Source of the DNA: Candidatus Marinacidobacterales bacterium
GTDB lineage: Bacteria > Acidobacteriota > Vicinamibacteria > Marinacidobacterales > DATDRI01
Assembly (NCBI GenBank): GCA_965219415.1
Contig: CBDCNP010000002.1
Location: 4,416,001 to 4,480,000, forward strand
DNA: 64,000 bases
Reading direction: 5' to 3'
Both the position numbers and the translations under genes were made by a program. The notes under the pieces were generated by a model. The model was not told the DNA's origin. It made no database searches and was given only the letters and a program-made list of their open reading frames with translations. Each line of letters begins with the position of its first letter. Position 1 is the first letter of the stretch. Positions 1 through 10,703 of this stretch are shown here, one piece after another.

Positions 1-1143
1 ATCCAGGATGGTATTGCGAAGCTCGTTCATGCCGAAATCGACGCGCACGTTCTGGCGGCGGGGCTCGATGCTGATGAAGACTTCTTCTTCGGCGTGCTCT
101 CCCTCTTCTTCGTGACCGCTGTGAAAGTCCCCTGCGAAAGGAACGCCATAGTCTCCATCCTCAAACTCATAGCCCACCGCGAAATAAGTCCGATCTCCGT
201 AGTAACCGGCGCCCGCGCTTGCGTTCGCAAACCGCGTGCGAGAGTTCTCGACTGGTCCCTCCGGCGTATCGTAGTCGCCGGTACGACGAGTACCGCCGCC
301 GCCCCAAGCCATCCATTTCCCATTGCCGTAGCGGAGATGGCCGCTGGTTCCCGCCTGGTCGTTGGTGTTTCCGAAATTCGCCAACACCTGTCCATGGACG
401 CCCTGAGGCTGAGATTGCCGAAAGATGTCTTGGCTGGTGATGGTATTGACAACACCACCGATGGCGTTGCTTCCGTAGAGTAATGTGGCGGGCCCCTTGA
501 CAACCTCAATGCGCTCCGTGCTTCCTGGGTCGATAGTGGTGCCGTGGTCGCCCGACTGGCTCGACAAATCCGCAGTGCGGACGCCATCCTGCATGATGAG
601 AACGCGGTCTCCATCGAATCCACGAATGATCGGCCTGCTGGATCCCGGGCCGAAGCTCCGCTTAGCAATCCCTGGCTCGTTCTCCAGCACTTCTCCCAGC
701 GTGCCCCACATGTTGTGGGCCAGCTCGAAAGAATCCAGGACGGTCACTGCATTGAAGCTCTCTCGCGCCGTCGTCGCGCGACGAACGCTCGTCGTCACCG
801 TCACTTGTTCGTGAACCGGTGATAGAGCCAACTTGATGTTGACTTCAACGATTTCCTCGGCGGCGACCGTCAAGGGTTGTCTCTCGGCAGACAGGTGCTC
901 CCTCTGCACAAGCAGCTCATAGGTTCCCTCAGGAACCTTCTCGATGCGAAAGCGCCCCTCATGGTCCGTGGTGGTAAAACTACCGAGGCCGACGAGCAGG
1001 GCCACCGCGCCGTGGACGGGCTCTCCGTTGGCCTTAAGCGTGACCTTTCCGGTCACGATGCTCGCACCTTGGGCATTCGCGTGCGAGGCGAAGACGCTTG
1101 CGAACAAGCAGACGAACATACTCACAAAGATGGATCGATACAT
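1..1143 (-). CDS. TonB-dependent receptor (ZnuD/BfrG-like), N-terminal part, runs off the window start
   Basis: Manual translation from ATG at 1143 (GAGGAGGAG RBS upstream): signal peptide MYRSIFVSMFVCLFASVFASHANA, a carboxypeptidase-regulatory-like domain, and plug motifs RPIIRGFDGDRV and IEVVKGPATLLYGSNAIGGVVN. Absent from the ORF track because there is no stop inside the window. Confidence 0.9.
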   Translation of the reverse strand, partial: MYRSIFVSMFVCLFASVFASHANAQGASIVTGKVTLKANGEPVHGAVALLVGLGSFTTTDHEGRFRIEKVPEGTYELLVQREHLSAERQPLTVAAEEIVEVNIKLALSPVHEQVTVTTSVRRATTARESFNAVTVLDSFELAHNMWGTLGEVLENEPGIAKRSFGPGSSRPIIRGFDGDRVLIMQDGVRTADLSSQSGDHGTTIDPGSTERIEVVKGPATLLYGSNAIGGVVNTITSQDIFRQSQPQGVHGQVLANFGNTNDQAGTSGHLRYGNGKWMAWGGGGTRRTGDYDTPEGPVENSRTRFANASAGAGYYGDRTYFAVGYEFEDGDYGVPFAGDFHSGHEEEGEHAEEEVFISIEPRRQNVRVDFGMNELRNTILD

Positions 1144-1226
1144 TGTGCACTCCTCCTCAAGTTCGAGTGAACGGTGAAATGAGCCGAGGCCCGTCTCTTC
1201 TGGAGATGGACCCGGCGAGGATGGAG

Positions 1227-1532
1227 TTAGGCCGGTGGAGCGCGAGAGGGGGCTAGCTCAACGCTACCCCCATTTTCGTCAGACGGAATGTTCGGTAGCG
1301 TCCCGGATCGGCTGGTGGAAGGCAGTTCGCAAGGGAGCCATGCCGTATCCAATTGAAGAGGCTGGTGCCCTACCTTACAAAGGAGACACTCAGGAGGGTC
1401 CCCACCCGCATCATTGGTGTGATGAGGGATAGAGGCGACGGTGATGAGAACCAACGCCGCGAAGCCAAGCAGTAGCACCAACCACCGGGGTGATAGACGG
1501 AATTGTCTGAAATCCCACATCTTGGCCTTCAC
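1227..1532 (-). CDS. DUF2946/CruR-like upstream regulatory ORF (TM segment, CxxC, C-terminal RAPP)
   Basis: 101 aa with a hydrophobic N-terminus, CLLC and terminal SRAPPA, directly upstream of a TonB receptor; same layout as Bordetella cruR-bfrG. Confidence 0.75.
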   Translation of the reverse strand: MKAKMWDFRQFRLSPRWLVLLLGFAALVLITVASIPHHTNDAGGDPPECLLCKVGHQPLQLDTAWLPCELPSTSRSGTLPNIPSDENGGSVELAPSRAPPA

Positions 1533-1538
1533 CTCTAT

Positions 1539-1558
1539 AGTGATTGTAACGTATCACT
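1539..1558. promoter_or_regulatory. 6-8-6 palindrome AGTGAT-N8-ATCACT just upstream of the uORF start; possible metalloregulator operator
   Basis: Palindrome seen directly; the regulator (Fur/Zur-like) is inferred from context only. Confidence 0.3.
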
Positions 1559-1586
1559 GCCTTGGTGCACAACTCGCGATCTCGGT

Positions 1587-2178
1587 GTCTTTATGGTTGC
1601 GCAAGAAAGCCATCCATCGTTTCAGCTGGTCGGGCTCCGCGGGACGCCGCGGCAGGTATCGCGACACCGTGATCTCGGAGATGATGAAACCGAGCTTGGT
1701 GAGCTCAGCATGGATGCGTGGCGCCCCCCAGCCGTCTTGCGCCATCGTGCGGACGAGGCGACGAATCTCGGCATCAATCCGAGGCCGACCGGGATGGCGG
1801 CGCTGCGAGATCTTTGCCCAGTACCGTCGGAATCGGTCGCGATGCCAACGGGCTACGGTGTCCGCGTGGACGATGAGCAGGCGGCTCGCCCACACGGGCC
1901 ACGAACCTCGAAGGGCAACCCAGAAAGCCCGTTCCGTGTCGTCGAGCGGTGGGCGTGGGCGCTCTTTCTTCAGCGCCGTCACTTGCTGCCGCAAAGCGAC
2001 GTTCTCCAACACCAGGTCGGCGCGGCGCCGACATATCGCCCGAATGGCACGGACGCCAAGTGAGACGAGGAAGACAACAACGTTGAGCATAGCGGCGGAG
2101 TTTCGCCGTCTTCGGCCCGGAATTCAAGCGGAGCGTAAGTCCTTGATTTCGTGGGCGGAGCAGTTTTGACGATGCACA
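1587..2178 (-). mobile_element. IS-A (rve integrase-core transposase element), 5' half with left end TGTGCATCGTCAAAA
   Basis: Near-identical to the first half of the full copies at 9418-10703 and 15423-16708; ORF truncated after FLRNHKD. Confidence 0.92.
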
Positions 2179-2826
2179 CCCGTCGATGAGGCGTGCGGGG
2201 ACCAGCACGTGACGGATGGCTTTAAATCACTGTAGTACAAGAGGATAGAACGACGTAGGCACCAGGGCTTCTCTGAGTTTTCGCTACATTGCCCCACCAC
2301 GCGCGCGGCGAAAGCGCGACGTAACACTCTATAAACTCTATAAATACCTTTTACCGAGACCGGATAGCTCCGAACTGCACCATCCGCCACTCAGTCTTGC
2401 AAATTGTGGCACTGCAGAGACGGGTGAGATTTTCCGCGCGGTTGGCGGGGTTTTGCAAGAGTAGGTGGCACCAGAGACGCGCTAGAAGGGCGGAACGGGC
2501 CTCATTTTTGGGATTCGTCTCTAATCGCGATTTTCGAGTGCCACGTTTGCGCCCAGTAGGAGAACGGGCACTGACCGGGCCGTGCAGCGTCGGAAAAGAG
2601 GCTACCCGAGGGGTCCAGAATCGAGGCCAGGGCTACCGCGGCGCAGTGGGGTAGCACGTTCTGGTCCAGGTGTGCCTTGGCCTCCTTGATGTCCTTATCT
2701 TGTCTCGAATTAGGCCTCAACTAGAGTCCGCCAAGGTTTGAGCGAAGCTTCCTCCCGCGAAGCCGAGCTTTGAGGACTCTGTCCTCCTCAAGCGCTATGG
2801 TCCTTCTGTAATTTGGTGCTGATATC

Positions 2827-5289
2827 ATGGCCGGAGCAATGGACAAGAAAAGCCTCAGTGAACGTGACATCTGCACCAAGTTCATCACACCGGCCTTGCG
2901 CCAGGCCGGGTGGGACGAGATGGCGCAAATCCGCGAGGAGGTGAGCTTCACCAAGGGCCGCATCATCGTGCGCGGCAAACTGGTCAGCCGGGGAAAGGGC
3001 AAGCGGGCCGACTACATCCTTTATTACAAGTCGAGCATACCCATCGCCCTGATCGAGGCCAAGGATAACACCCACGCCATCGGCGACGGGATGCAGCAGG
3101 GGCTGGACTACGCCGAGACCCTGAATATCCCCTTCGTGTTTTCCTCCAACGGCGACGGCTTCGTCTTCCACGACCGGACGGGAGCAGGCGCCGAGCGGGA
3201 AACGACCCTCGGTCTTGACGCTTTCCCACCGCCCGGCGACCTGTGGGCGCGCTATCGCGCCTGGAAGGGGCTGACGCCCGAGGCCGAAGCCATCGTCCTC
3301 CAGGACTATTTCGACGATGGCGGCGATAAAGCCCCGCGCTACTACCAGGTCAACGCCATCAACGCCGCCATCGAAGCCATCGCCAAGGGGGACGAACGAA
3401 TCCTGCTGGTCATGGCGACCGGCACCGGCAAGACCTATACCGCTTTTCAAATCATCTGGCGGCTTTGGAAAGCGGGCCGCAAGAAGCGCATCCTGTTTCT
3501 GGCAGATCGCAACGTGTTGATCGACCAAACCATGGTCAACGACTTCCGGCCTTTCGGCGCGGCGATGGCGAAGCTCTCAACGAAAGCCAAGACCATCGAA
3601 CGCGCGGACGGCACTTCCGAAGACCTGACCAGCGCCATCGACGAAAGACGGCGCATCGACACCGCCTATGAAATCTATCTCAGCCTCTATCAGGCGATTA
3701 CTGGACCGGAAGAACACCAGAAGATTTTCCGCGAGTTCTCGCCCGGCTTCTTCGACCTCATCGTGATCGACGAGTGTCATCGCGGTAGCGCCGCCGAGGA
3801 TTCAGCTTGGCGGGAGATTCTAGAATATTTCTCGTCGGCCACCCAAATCGGCCTCACCGCCACGCCCAGGGAAACCCGCTACGTTTCCAACGTCCATTAT
3901 TTCGGCGAGCCGGTGTACACCTATTCCCTGAAGGAGGGTATCCGAGACGGTTTTCTGGCACCCTACAAGGTCGTCAAAATTCATATTGATCGCGACGTGG
4001 AGGGCTATCGTCCCGAGAAGGGGCAGCTTGACCGCAATGGCGAAGAAGTCGAGGACCACATCTACAACATCAAGGACTTCGACCGCACGCTGGTCCTGGA
4101 TGAGCGGACCAAGCTCGTGGCCCGGAAGGTCACGGCGTTCTTGAAGGAAAGCGGAGACCGTTTCCAGAAAGCGATTGTTTTCTGCGTGGACCAGGAACAC
4201 GCCGCTCGCGTGCGCCAGGCACTCATCAACGAAAACGCCGACCTGGTGGAAAAGAACCACCGCTACGTCATGCGCATCACCGGCGCCGACATTGAGGGGC
4301 AGGCGCAACTCAGCAACTTCATCGACCCGGAATCCAGATACCCCGTGTTGGTCACGACATCACGGCTGCTATCGACCGGCGTCGATGTGCAGACTTGCCG
4401 GCTCATCGTGCTCGACCGCGAGGTCGGCTCCATGACCGAGTTCAAGCAGATCATCGGGCGGGGGACGCGCGTACATGAGGACACCCGCAAGTTCTACTTC
4501 ACCTTGATGGATTTTCGGGGTGCGACCACCCATTTCGCGGACCCGGATTTCGACGGCGAACCAGTGCAGATATACGAACCCGGCGATGACGACCCCATCC
4601 TGCCTCCCGAAGATATTTCACCTACTGCCCCCAGCGATGACCCCATACCGCCGGAACCGGGCGATGACGAAACCGTCGTTGACGAACCGCCCGACATCAC
4701 CATACCGAATACCGGTGTTGGCGTGCGCAAGGTCTATGTGGACGGCGTCGCCGCGACCATCGTCGCCGAACGGGTGGAATATCTTGATGAGAACGGCAAG
4801 CTCGTTACCGAATCCCTACGCGACTTCACAAAAAAGGCGCTGAGGAAGCGCTTCGCCAGCCTCGATGACTTCTTGAAGCGCTGGAAAGCCGCCGAACGCA
4901 AGCAGGCGATCATCGAAGAGCTGGAAGCCGAAGGATTGCCGCTCGACCTCATCGCCTTGGAATTGGGCAAGGACCTTGACCCCTTCGACCTCATCTGCCA
5001 TGTCGTCTTCGATGCCAAGCCGCTGACCCGGCGCGAGCGGGCCGACAACGTCAAGAAGCGGGACGTGTTCAACAAGTACGGAGACCAGGCCCGCGCTGTG
5101 CTCGACGCGTTGCTCGCCAAGTACGCCGACGAAGGTGTGTTCAACCTCGACGATGTCACCGTGCTGCGCATCCCACCCTTTACCCAACTCGGCACGCCGG
5201 TTCAGTTGATCGAGGTCTTCGGCGGAAGAGCGGGTTTCATCGAGGCCGTCCACGAGCTTCAATCCGCCCTCTATCGGGAGACCGCATAG
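2827..5289 (+). CDS. hsdR: Type I restriction enzyme R subunit (EcoAI/EcoEI-like)
   Basis: ADYILYY..IEAK nuclease motif, MATGTGKT Walker A, DECHR, GLTATP, QIIGRGTR, EcoEI-type C-terminus. Confidence 0.97.
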   Translation: MAGAMDKKSLSERDICTKFITPALRQAGWDEMAQIREEVSFTKGRIIVRGKLVSRGKGKRADYILYYKSSIPIALIEAKDNTHAIGDGMQQGLDYAETLNIPFVFSSNGDGFVFHDRTGAGAERETTLGLDAFPPPGDLWARYRAWKGLTPEAEAIVLQDYFDDGGDKAPRYYQVNAINAAIEAIAKGDERILLVMATGTGKTYTAFQIIWRLWKAGRKKRILFLADRNVLIDQTMVNDFRPFGAAMAKLSTKAKTIERADGTSEDLTSAIDERRRIDTAYEIYLSLYQAITGPEEHQKIFREFSPGFFDLIVIDECHRGSAAEDSAWREILEYFSSATQIGLTATPRETRYVSNVHYFGEPVYTYSLKEGIRDGFLAPYKVVKIHIDRDVEGYRPEKGQLDRNGEEVEDHIYNIKDFDRTLVLDERTKLVARKVTAFLKESGDRFQKAIVFCVDQEHAARVRQALINENADLVEKNHRYVMRITGADIEGQAQLSNFIDPESRYPVLVTTSRLLSTGVDVQTCRLIVLDREVGSMTEFKQIIGRGTRVHEDTRKFYFTLMDFRGATTHFADPDFDGEPVQIYEPGDDDPILPPEDISPTAPSDDPIPPEPGDDETVVDEPPDITIPNTGVGVRKVYVDGVAATIVAERVEYLDENGKLVTESLRDFTKKALRKRFASLDDFLKRWKAAERKQAIIEELEAEGLPLDLIALELGKDLDPFDLICHVVFDAKPLTRRERADNVKKRDVFNKYGDQARAVLDALLAKYADEGVFNLDDVTVLRIPPFTQLGTPVQLIEVFGGRAGFIEAVHELQSALYRETA

Positions 5290-5292
5290 CCC

Positions 5293-6750
5293 ATGTCCGT
5301 CCGCACCCTCGTCAAATCTATCCAGAACCTCATGCGTCAGGACACCGGCGTTGACGGCGACGCCCAGCGCATCAGCCAGTTATGCTGGATGTTCTTCCTC
5401 AAGATCATCGACGATCAGGATCAGGAACTGGAGTTGATGCAGCCCGGCTACGTCTCTCCGATCCCCAAGCGCTACCAATGGCGGGCCTGGGCGGCAGACC
5501 CCGAAGGCATTACCGGTGAAGAACTACTTGCCTTCATAGACGACGGCCTGTTCCCGGCTTTGAAGAACCTCCGGATGACAGGGCCTCACGGCAACCGACG
5601 CCGCGTCGTCCGCGCTGTGTTCGAAGATGCCCACAACTATATGAAGTCAGGCCAGTTGATGCGTCAGGTGGTCAACAAGATCAACGGCGTCGACTTCAAC
5701 AACCTGACCGAACGCCAGCATTTCGGAGACATCTACGAGCAGATTCTCAACGACCTGCAATCGGCGGGCAACGCCGGCGAATACTATACGCCCCGCGCCG
5801 TCACCGCCTTCATGGTCGACCGTATTGACCCGAAGCTTGGCGAGAGCTTGCTCGATCCCGCCTGCGGCACCGGAGGATTCCTCACCTGTTCGCTGCGTCA
5901 CATGCGCGAGCGCTACGTCAAGCGGCCTGAGGATGAGCAGAACATGCAGGCGGCGTTGCGCGCAGTGGAGAAAAAGCAGCTTCCGCACATGCTCTGCGTC
6001 ACCAACATGCTACTGCATGGCATCGAGGACCCGAGCTTCGTCCGCCACGACAACACCCTGGCCCGCCCCTATATCAGCTGGGAGCGGAAGGATCGAGTGG
6101 ACATCGTGCTTACCAATCCACCCTTTGGCGGCAAGGAGGAAGATGGGATCGAGTCGAACTTCCCGCAACATTTCCGCACGCGGGAGACAGCAGACTTGTT
6201 CCTCGCTCTCATCATTCGCTTGTTGAAGCCGACTGGTCGCGCTGCCGTGGTTCTGCCCGACGGGTCGCTGTTTGGCGAGGGCGTCAAGACACGCCTCAAG
6301 GAACACTTGATGGAGGAATGCAACCTCCACACCATCGTCCGCCTGCCCAATTCTGTGTTCCGGCCCTATGCCTCCATCGGCACTAACCTGCTGTTCCTTG
6401 AGAAGGGCGAGCCGACCGGGGACATCTGGTTCTACGAACATCTCGTGCCAGAGGGCCAGAAGGCCTATTCCATGACCCGGCCGATCCGGCTGGAGCACTT
6501 ACAAGGTTGCATCGGCTGGTGGGGTGGGGCGGACCGTGAGGGCCGGAAGGAGACGGAGCGCGCCTGGAATGTGACGGCCGACGAGGTCAAGGCGCGTGGC
6601 TACAACCTTGACATCAAGAACCCGCACACACAAGACGACGACCACGGCGCCCCGGAGGAACTGCTGAAGGAACTGACTGCTGCCGAGGCTGAAACGGCGG
6701 CCTTGCGCGAACGCTTGAAGGCGATCCTGACTGAGGCGCTCATGCGATGA
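5293..6750 (+). CDS. hsdM: Type I RM methyltransferase subunit
   Basis: GEYYTPR, DPACGTGGFL, NPPFG (m6A). Confidence 0.97.
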   Translation: MSVRTLVKSIQNLMRQDTGVDGDAQRISQLCWMFFLKIIDDQDQELELMQPGYVSPIPKRYQWRAWAADPEGITGEELLAFIDDGLFPALKNLRMTGPHGNRRRVVRAVFEDAHNYMKSGQLMRQVVNKINGVDFNNLTERQHFGDIYEQILNDLQSAGNAGEYYTPRAVTAFMVDRIDPKLGESLLDPACGTGGFLTCSLRHMRERYVKRPEDEQNMQAALRAVEKKQLPHMLCVTNMLLHGIEDPSFVRHDNTLARPYISWERKDRVDIVLTNPPFGGKEEDGIESNFPQHFRTRETADLFLALIIRLLKPTGRAAVVLPDGSLFGEGVKTRLKEHLMEECNLHTIVRLPNSVFRPYASIGTNLLFLEKGEPTGDIWFYEHLVPEGQKAYSMTRPIRLEHLQGCIGWWGGADREGRKETERAWNVTADEVKARGYNLDIKNPHTQDDDHGAPEELLKELTAAEAETAALRERLKAILTEALMR

Positions 6751-8480
6751 ACGCCGATCGATTGCTGGCCTATTACGAACGGATCGCCGACGCTCCGGAT
6801 GCGATTGTGTGCTTTCGCCGCTTCATTCTCGATCTGGCCGTGCGTGGCAAGCTGGTGGAGCAAGAGCCGAACGACGAACCGGCGTCGGAACTGCTGAAGC
6901 GAATCGCGACGAAGAAAGCGCGGTTGGTGAAGACAAGAAAGACTAAGAGTCGCGACCTGCTTAACGGCGTCAATAGTGATGAATTTCCTTTTGGCATTCC
7001 CGCTGCGTGGTGCTGGGTAAGGTTTGGGAACATCGCGGACTACTCAGCAGGGCGGACTCCAAGTCGGAACGAGCCGTCCTTTTGGAATTCAGGTGATCGT
7101 GCCTGGGTCAGTATTGCAGACATGAAAGATGGCGAGACACTCACCTCGACAAAGGAGACTGTAACCAAGAAAGCCGCAAGACAGGTCTTTGGAGCTGAAC
7201 CCGAGCAAATCGGCACGATAATCATGAGCTTCAAGTTGACGATTGGAAAGATTGCAAGGCTCGGGATTCCCGCCTACCACAATGAAGCGATTATCTCGAT
7301 ACGACCATATGTCTCGGACCTTGATTCCCACCTCTTTAAAGTGTTGCCCATTTTTGCGCGACAAGGGAATACGAAAGGAGCGATAAAGGGAGCTACCCTC
7401 AATCGAAAGTCAATTTCAAACATTCTGATTCCCCTTCCACCCCTCGCCGAGCAGCACCGCATCGTCGCCAAGGTCAATGAACTGATAGCGCTCTGCGACC
7501 GGCTGGAGGCGGCGCGTGCGGAGCGGGAGGCGACGCGCGACAGGCTTTCAGCGGCGATCCTCGCCCACCTCGACGTACCAGATCCCGACCCGACGGTGTT
7601 TCAGGGCCACGCGGCCTTCGCCCTCCAAAACTTCGCGCCACTCACCACACGCTCCGACCAGATCAAGGCCCTCCGTCAAACCATTCTCAACCTCGCCGTG
7701 CGCGGCAAGCTGGTCGAACAGGACCCGAACGATGAACCGGCGTCGGAATTGCTGAAGCGCGCGGAGATGACAAAGGCCGAGGCGACGATTGAGCGCAAGA
7801 TCCGAAAAAATAGCGAGCCTGAGCTGTCAGAATCGGCAGGGGAAAACGGATCTCCAAGTCACTGGGTTTGGGCGTATCTTCATGATTTCGCTCTGGTGCT
7901 TGGTGGAAAGCGCTTGCCGTCTGATGCATCTCTTTCCCACGAGCAGACTGGCAACATTTACATTCGCGTTACAGATATGAAGGATGGATCCATTTCGGCT
8001 GAAGATCTGCAATACATCTCGGACGATGTGCGGGCTCGGATTGCCAAGTACACTATTGATCGCGAGGACCTGTACATCACGATCGCTGGAACGATCGGAG
8101 AGGTCGGCGAGGTACCAGAACGCTTTCACGGCCAGAATCTGACTGAGAACGCGGCGAAGATCGTATTCCGTGAAGTGGATAGGAAGTTTCTCCTGCTAGT
8201 TCTCCGATCGAACGACGTGCAAGAACAGTTTCAAGAAAAGACGAAGCAGATGGCCCAGCCAAAACTGGCGCTTAAGCGAATCGCCGGTGCTCGCATACCT
8301 CTCCCACCCCTAGCCGAGCAACACCGCATCGTCGCCAAAGTTGATGAACTCATGGCTCTGTGCGACCGAATGGAAATCAATCTTGGTATTGCGGACACTG
8401 GCCGCCAACACCTTCTCGAATCGCTTCTTCGGGACGTGCTAGTGCCAAGTAACGAACCGTGCAAAGTGCGAAGACAATGA
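6747..8480 (+). CDS. hsdS: Type I RM specificity subunit
   Basis: Two TRDs, repeated LAVRGKLVEQ.PNDEPASELLKR and PLPPLAEQHRIVAKV; ATGA overlap with hsdM. Confidence 0.96.
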   Translation: MNADRLLAYYERIADAPDAIVCFRRFILDLAVRGKLVEQEPNDEPASELLKRIATKKARLVKTRKTKSRDLLNGVNSDEFPFGIPAAWCWVRFGNIADYSAGRTPSRNEPSFWNSGDRAWVSIADMKDGETLTSTKETVTKKAARQVFGAEPEQIGTIIMSFKLTIGKIARLGIPAYHNEAIISIRPYVSDLDSHLFKVLPIFARQGNTKGAIKGATLNRKSISNILIPLPPLAEQHRIVAKVNELIALCDRLEAARAEREATRDRLSAAILAHLDVPDPDPTVFQGHAAFALQNFAPLTTRSDQIKALRQTILNLAVRGKLVEQDPNDEPASELLKRAEMTKAEATIERKIRKNSEPELSESAGENGSPSHWVWAYLHDFALVLGGKRLPSDASLSHEQTGNIYIRVTDMKDGSISAEDLQYISDDVRARIAKYTIDREDLYITIAGTIGEVGEVPERFHGQNLTENAAKIVFREVDRKFLLLVLRSNDVQEQFQEKTKQMAQPKLALKRIAGARIPLPPLAEQHRIVAKVDELMALCDRMEINLGIADTGRQHLLESLLRDVLVPSNEPCKVRRQ

Positions 8481-8628
8481 CTGAACACAGCTACACGGTT
8501 GAAGTCCAGCCCGACTTCCTTGAGCGGCAGTCAAAGGCAAGACCGGTCCAGGCCGTCGCCGAGCTGATCTGGAACGGCCTCGACGCCGATGCGAGCCGCG
8601 TCGATGTGCGGCTGGAATACGGCGAACT
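8477..8628 (+). pseudogene. 5' stub of a GHKL/HATPase-type ATP-binding protein, cut by MITE D1
   Basis: MTEHSYTVEVQPDFLERQSKARPVQAVAELIWNGLDADA (ELIxNxxDA motif); reading frame enters the MITE at 8629. Confidence 0.8.
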
Positions 8629-8874
8629 GGTGCTTCCGCCATCAAGTGTTGCTACGCCGTGTTTGAATGCTAGTGTCAGCTGGCCTGCCTGTGTCGGCGA
8701 ACGCCACTAATTAAGGATGTCGGCGTGCACACGAAGGTGTCTCTGAACGTCAGGCACCGTGTGGTCAGCCCAGCCCGCATCGCCGAAAGAACTGCGTCTC
8801 TCGAAATCGGGCCCCAAACTCTAGCACACGAGCGGGTTACGCGGCAGCCACCAACACTTGATTGCGGAAGCACC
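8629..8874. mobile_element. MITE D1 (246 bp) with 22-bp TIR GGTGCTTCCGC(C/A)ATCAAGTGTT
   Basis: TIRs with one mismatch; second copy at 33517-35205 is interrupted by IS110; no target-site duplication seen. Confidence 0.9.
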
Positions 8875-8902
8875 CTTAGCTATAGAATGGGAATGATGAA
8901 TC

Positions 8903-9417
8903 GTGGCGACTAAAAAGCAACTTCCCTACCGTTCAACCAGAAGGCGGACTACACAGGATACAGAAGCCGATGCGAAGAGGCGGAAGTACTTCGAGAAATA
9001 TCTCTATTATCTGGAAGGTCTGGCGGACTACTCCCAAGCCAACCATTCCTACGGAAGCGCCAAGGACGACTATCGTACGTTGGGATGGGCGATAGGGAGA
9101 CAGATTGTTGCGTTCTATCTTATTGAGATGCTCCTTAGGATCGACTACGAACGTCGAGGAATCACTTGTGGCACCGCCACCCACAATCTGGCGCGTCTCT
9201 TCCGCGACCTTCCTAGAGACAGTCGAGATTCCGTCGAGAAAGTCTACAAGCGCATTCTAAACAACGAGGTCGAATGGACTTGGGATATTTGCCGAACTGT
9301 CAAGTCCTTTCTCGACTTCCTGGGCAAGAACCCGATTGCCAAGACCAGATACCCGTGGCAGCAACAGCACGAAGGGACGCTCTTCACACCGAACAGTCTC
9401 CGCCCCCTTATCTACGC
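8903..9417 (+). CDS. HEPN-like protein, C-terminus clipped by the IS-A right end
   Basis: FYLIEMLL...THNLARLF...RYP pattern resembles HEPN domains; ORF 8903-9436 ends inside the IS. Confidence 0.55.
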
Positions 9418-10703
9418 TGTCCATCATCATTATTAATCCGGGACTGGACTCTAGGGCCCGGACCGCCCTCGAGCACATGCTGGAGAGCGTGGTCAGGGCG
9501 CGAGGGAAGGTGCTGAGGACGAACTTCTCGGCGACCAGCCGAGTAACGCGAGCGACCAAGCTGACTCAGGCTGCCTCTAGCCACTCGTATCGATGGTGCA
9601 GTCCACCGACTCGCGGCAGTGCGACTACTTTCGCCGTAGGAGACGGTCGGTGCGTGACCGTTCTCAAGCTCGGTGTGTCCTTGTTCAGCCCCAAGTGGCA
9701 ACGGTCCTCATGATAGTAGCTGATGTAAGCTCGCACGAGCCGGATGAGATGACATGCGCCGAGAACCACCACGTGCTCAAGGAGCTCGCGGCGGCAGCTG
9801 CCGACCCACCGCTCCGCGGTTCCGTTTTGCCATGGGCTGCGAAACGAAGTGCGAACGGGTTTTGTGCCCGTTGCCTTGATGAACTCGATGACCGCAGCGT
9901 TAAAGATGAAGTCGCGATCGAAGATGAGATATCTCGGAGCGGTGTCGTAGGGAAATGCCTCGCGTAGTTGCTGAATAACCCAAGCAGACGTCGGATGGAA
10001 CGTGGCGTTGAAGTGAACGATGTGCCGACGACCGTGCTCGATGACGAAGAAGCCGTACAGCAGCCGGAGCGACGCGGTGGGCACGGTGAACAGATCCATG
10101 GCGACGATATCGTCTTTATGGTTGCGCAAGAAAGCCATCCATCGTTTCAGCTGGTCGGGCTCCGCGGGACGCCGCGGCAGGTATCGCGACACCGTAATCT
10201 CGGAGATGATGAAACCGAGCTTGGTGAGCTCAGCATGGATGCGTGGCGCCCCCCAGCCGTCTTGCGCCATCGTGCGGACGAGGCGACGAATCTCGGCATC
10301 AATCCGAGGCCGACCGGGATGGCGGCGCTGCGAGATCTTTGCCCAGTACCGTCGGAATCGGTCGCGATGCCAACGGGCTACGGTGTCCGCGTGGACGATG
10401 AGCAGGCGGCTCGCCCACACGGGCCACGAACCTCGAAGGGCAACCCAGAAAACCCGTTCCGTGTCGTCGAGCGGTGGGCGTGGGCGCTCTTTCTTCAGCG
10501 CCGTCACTTGCTGCCGCAAAGCGACGTTCTCCAACACCAGATCGGCGCGGCGCTGACACATCGCCCGAATGGCACGAACGCCAAGTGAGACGAGGAAGAC
10601 AACAACGTTGAGCATAGCGGCGGAGTTTCGCCGTCTTCGGCCCGGAATTCAAGCGGAGCGTAAGTCCTTGATTTCGTGGGCGGAGCAGTTTTGACGATGC
10701 ACA
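9418..10703 (-). mobile_element. IS-A full copy (about 1286 bp), imperfect TIR TGTGCATCGTCA / TGTCCATCATCA
   Basis: Both ends present, intact transposase; flanks unrelated, no TSD. Confidence 0.95.
9566..10615 (-). CDS. rve integrase-core (DDE) transposase, 349 aa
   Basis: WGAPRIHAEL HTH, DLFTV, FDRD, PWQNGTAERWV, GGLHHRY; IS3/IS481-related integrase core. Confidence 0.93.
   Translation of the reverse strand: MLNVVVFLVSLGVRAIRAMCQRRADLVLENVALRQQVTALKKERPRPPLDDTERVFWVALRGSWPVWASRLLIVHADTVARWHRDRFRRYWAKISQRRHPGRPRIDAEIRRLVRTMAQDGWGAPRIHAELTKLGFIISEITVSRYLPRRPAEPDQLKRWMAFLRNHKDDIVAMDLFTVPTASLRLLYGFFVIEHGRRHIVHFNATFHPTSAWVIQQLREAFPYDTAPRYLIFDRDFIFNAAVIEFIKATGTKPVRTSFRSPWQNGTAERWVGSCRRELLEHVVVLGACHLIRLVRAYISYYHEDRCHLGLNKDTPSLRTVTHRPSPTAKVVALPRVGGLHHRYEWLEAA

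Noticed and set aside
27-1177. ORF-track calls overlapping the TonB receptor, and other long antisense ORFs over groEL, hsdR, fadD and the transposases
   Set aside because: Shadow frames typical of high-GC coding DNA; the motif-bearing frame is a different one.
6835-7760. Internal DNA repeats in hsdS
   Set aside because: Normal conserved regions flanking the two TRDs; no invertible or phase-variable structure seen.
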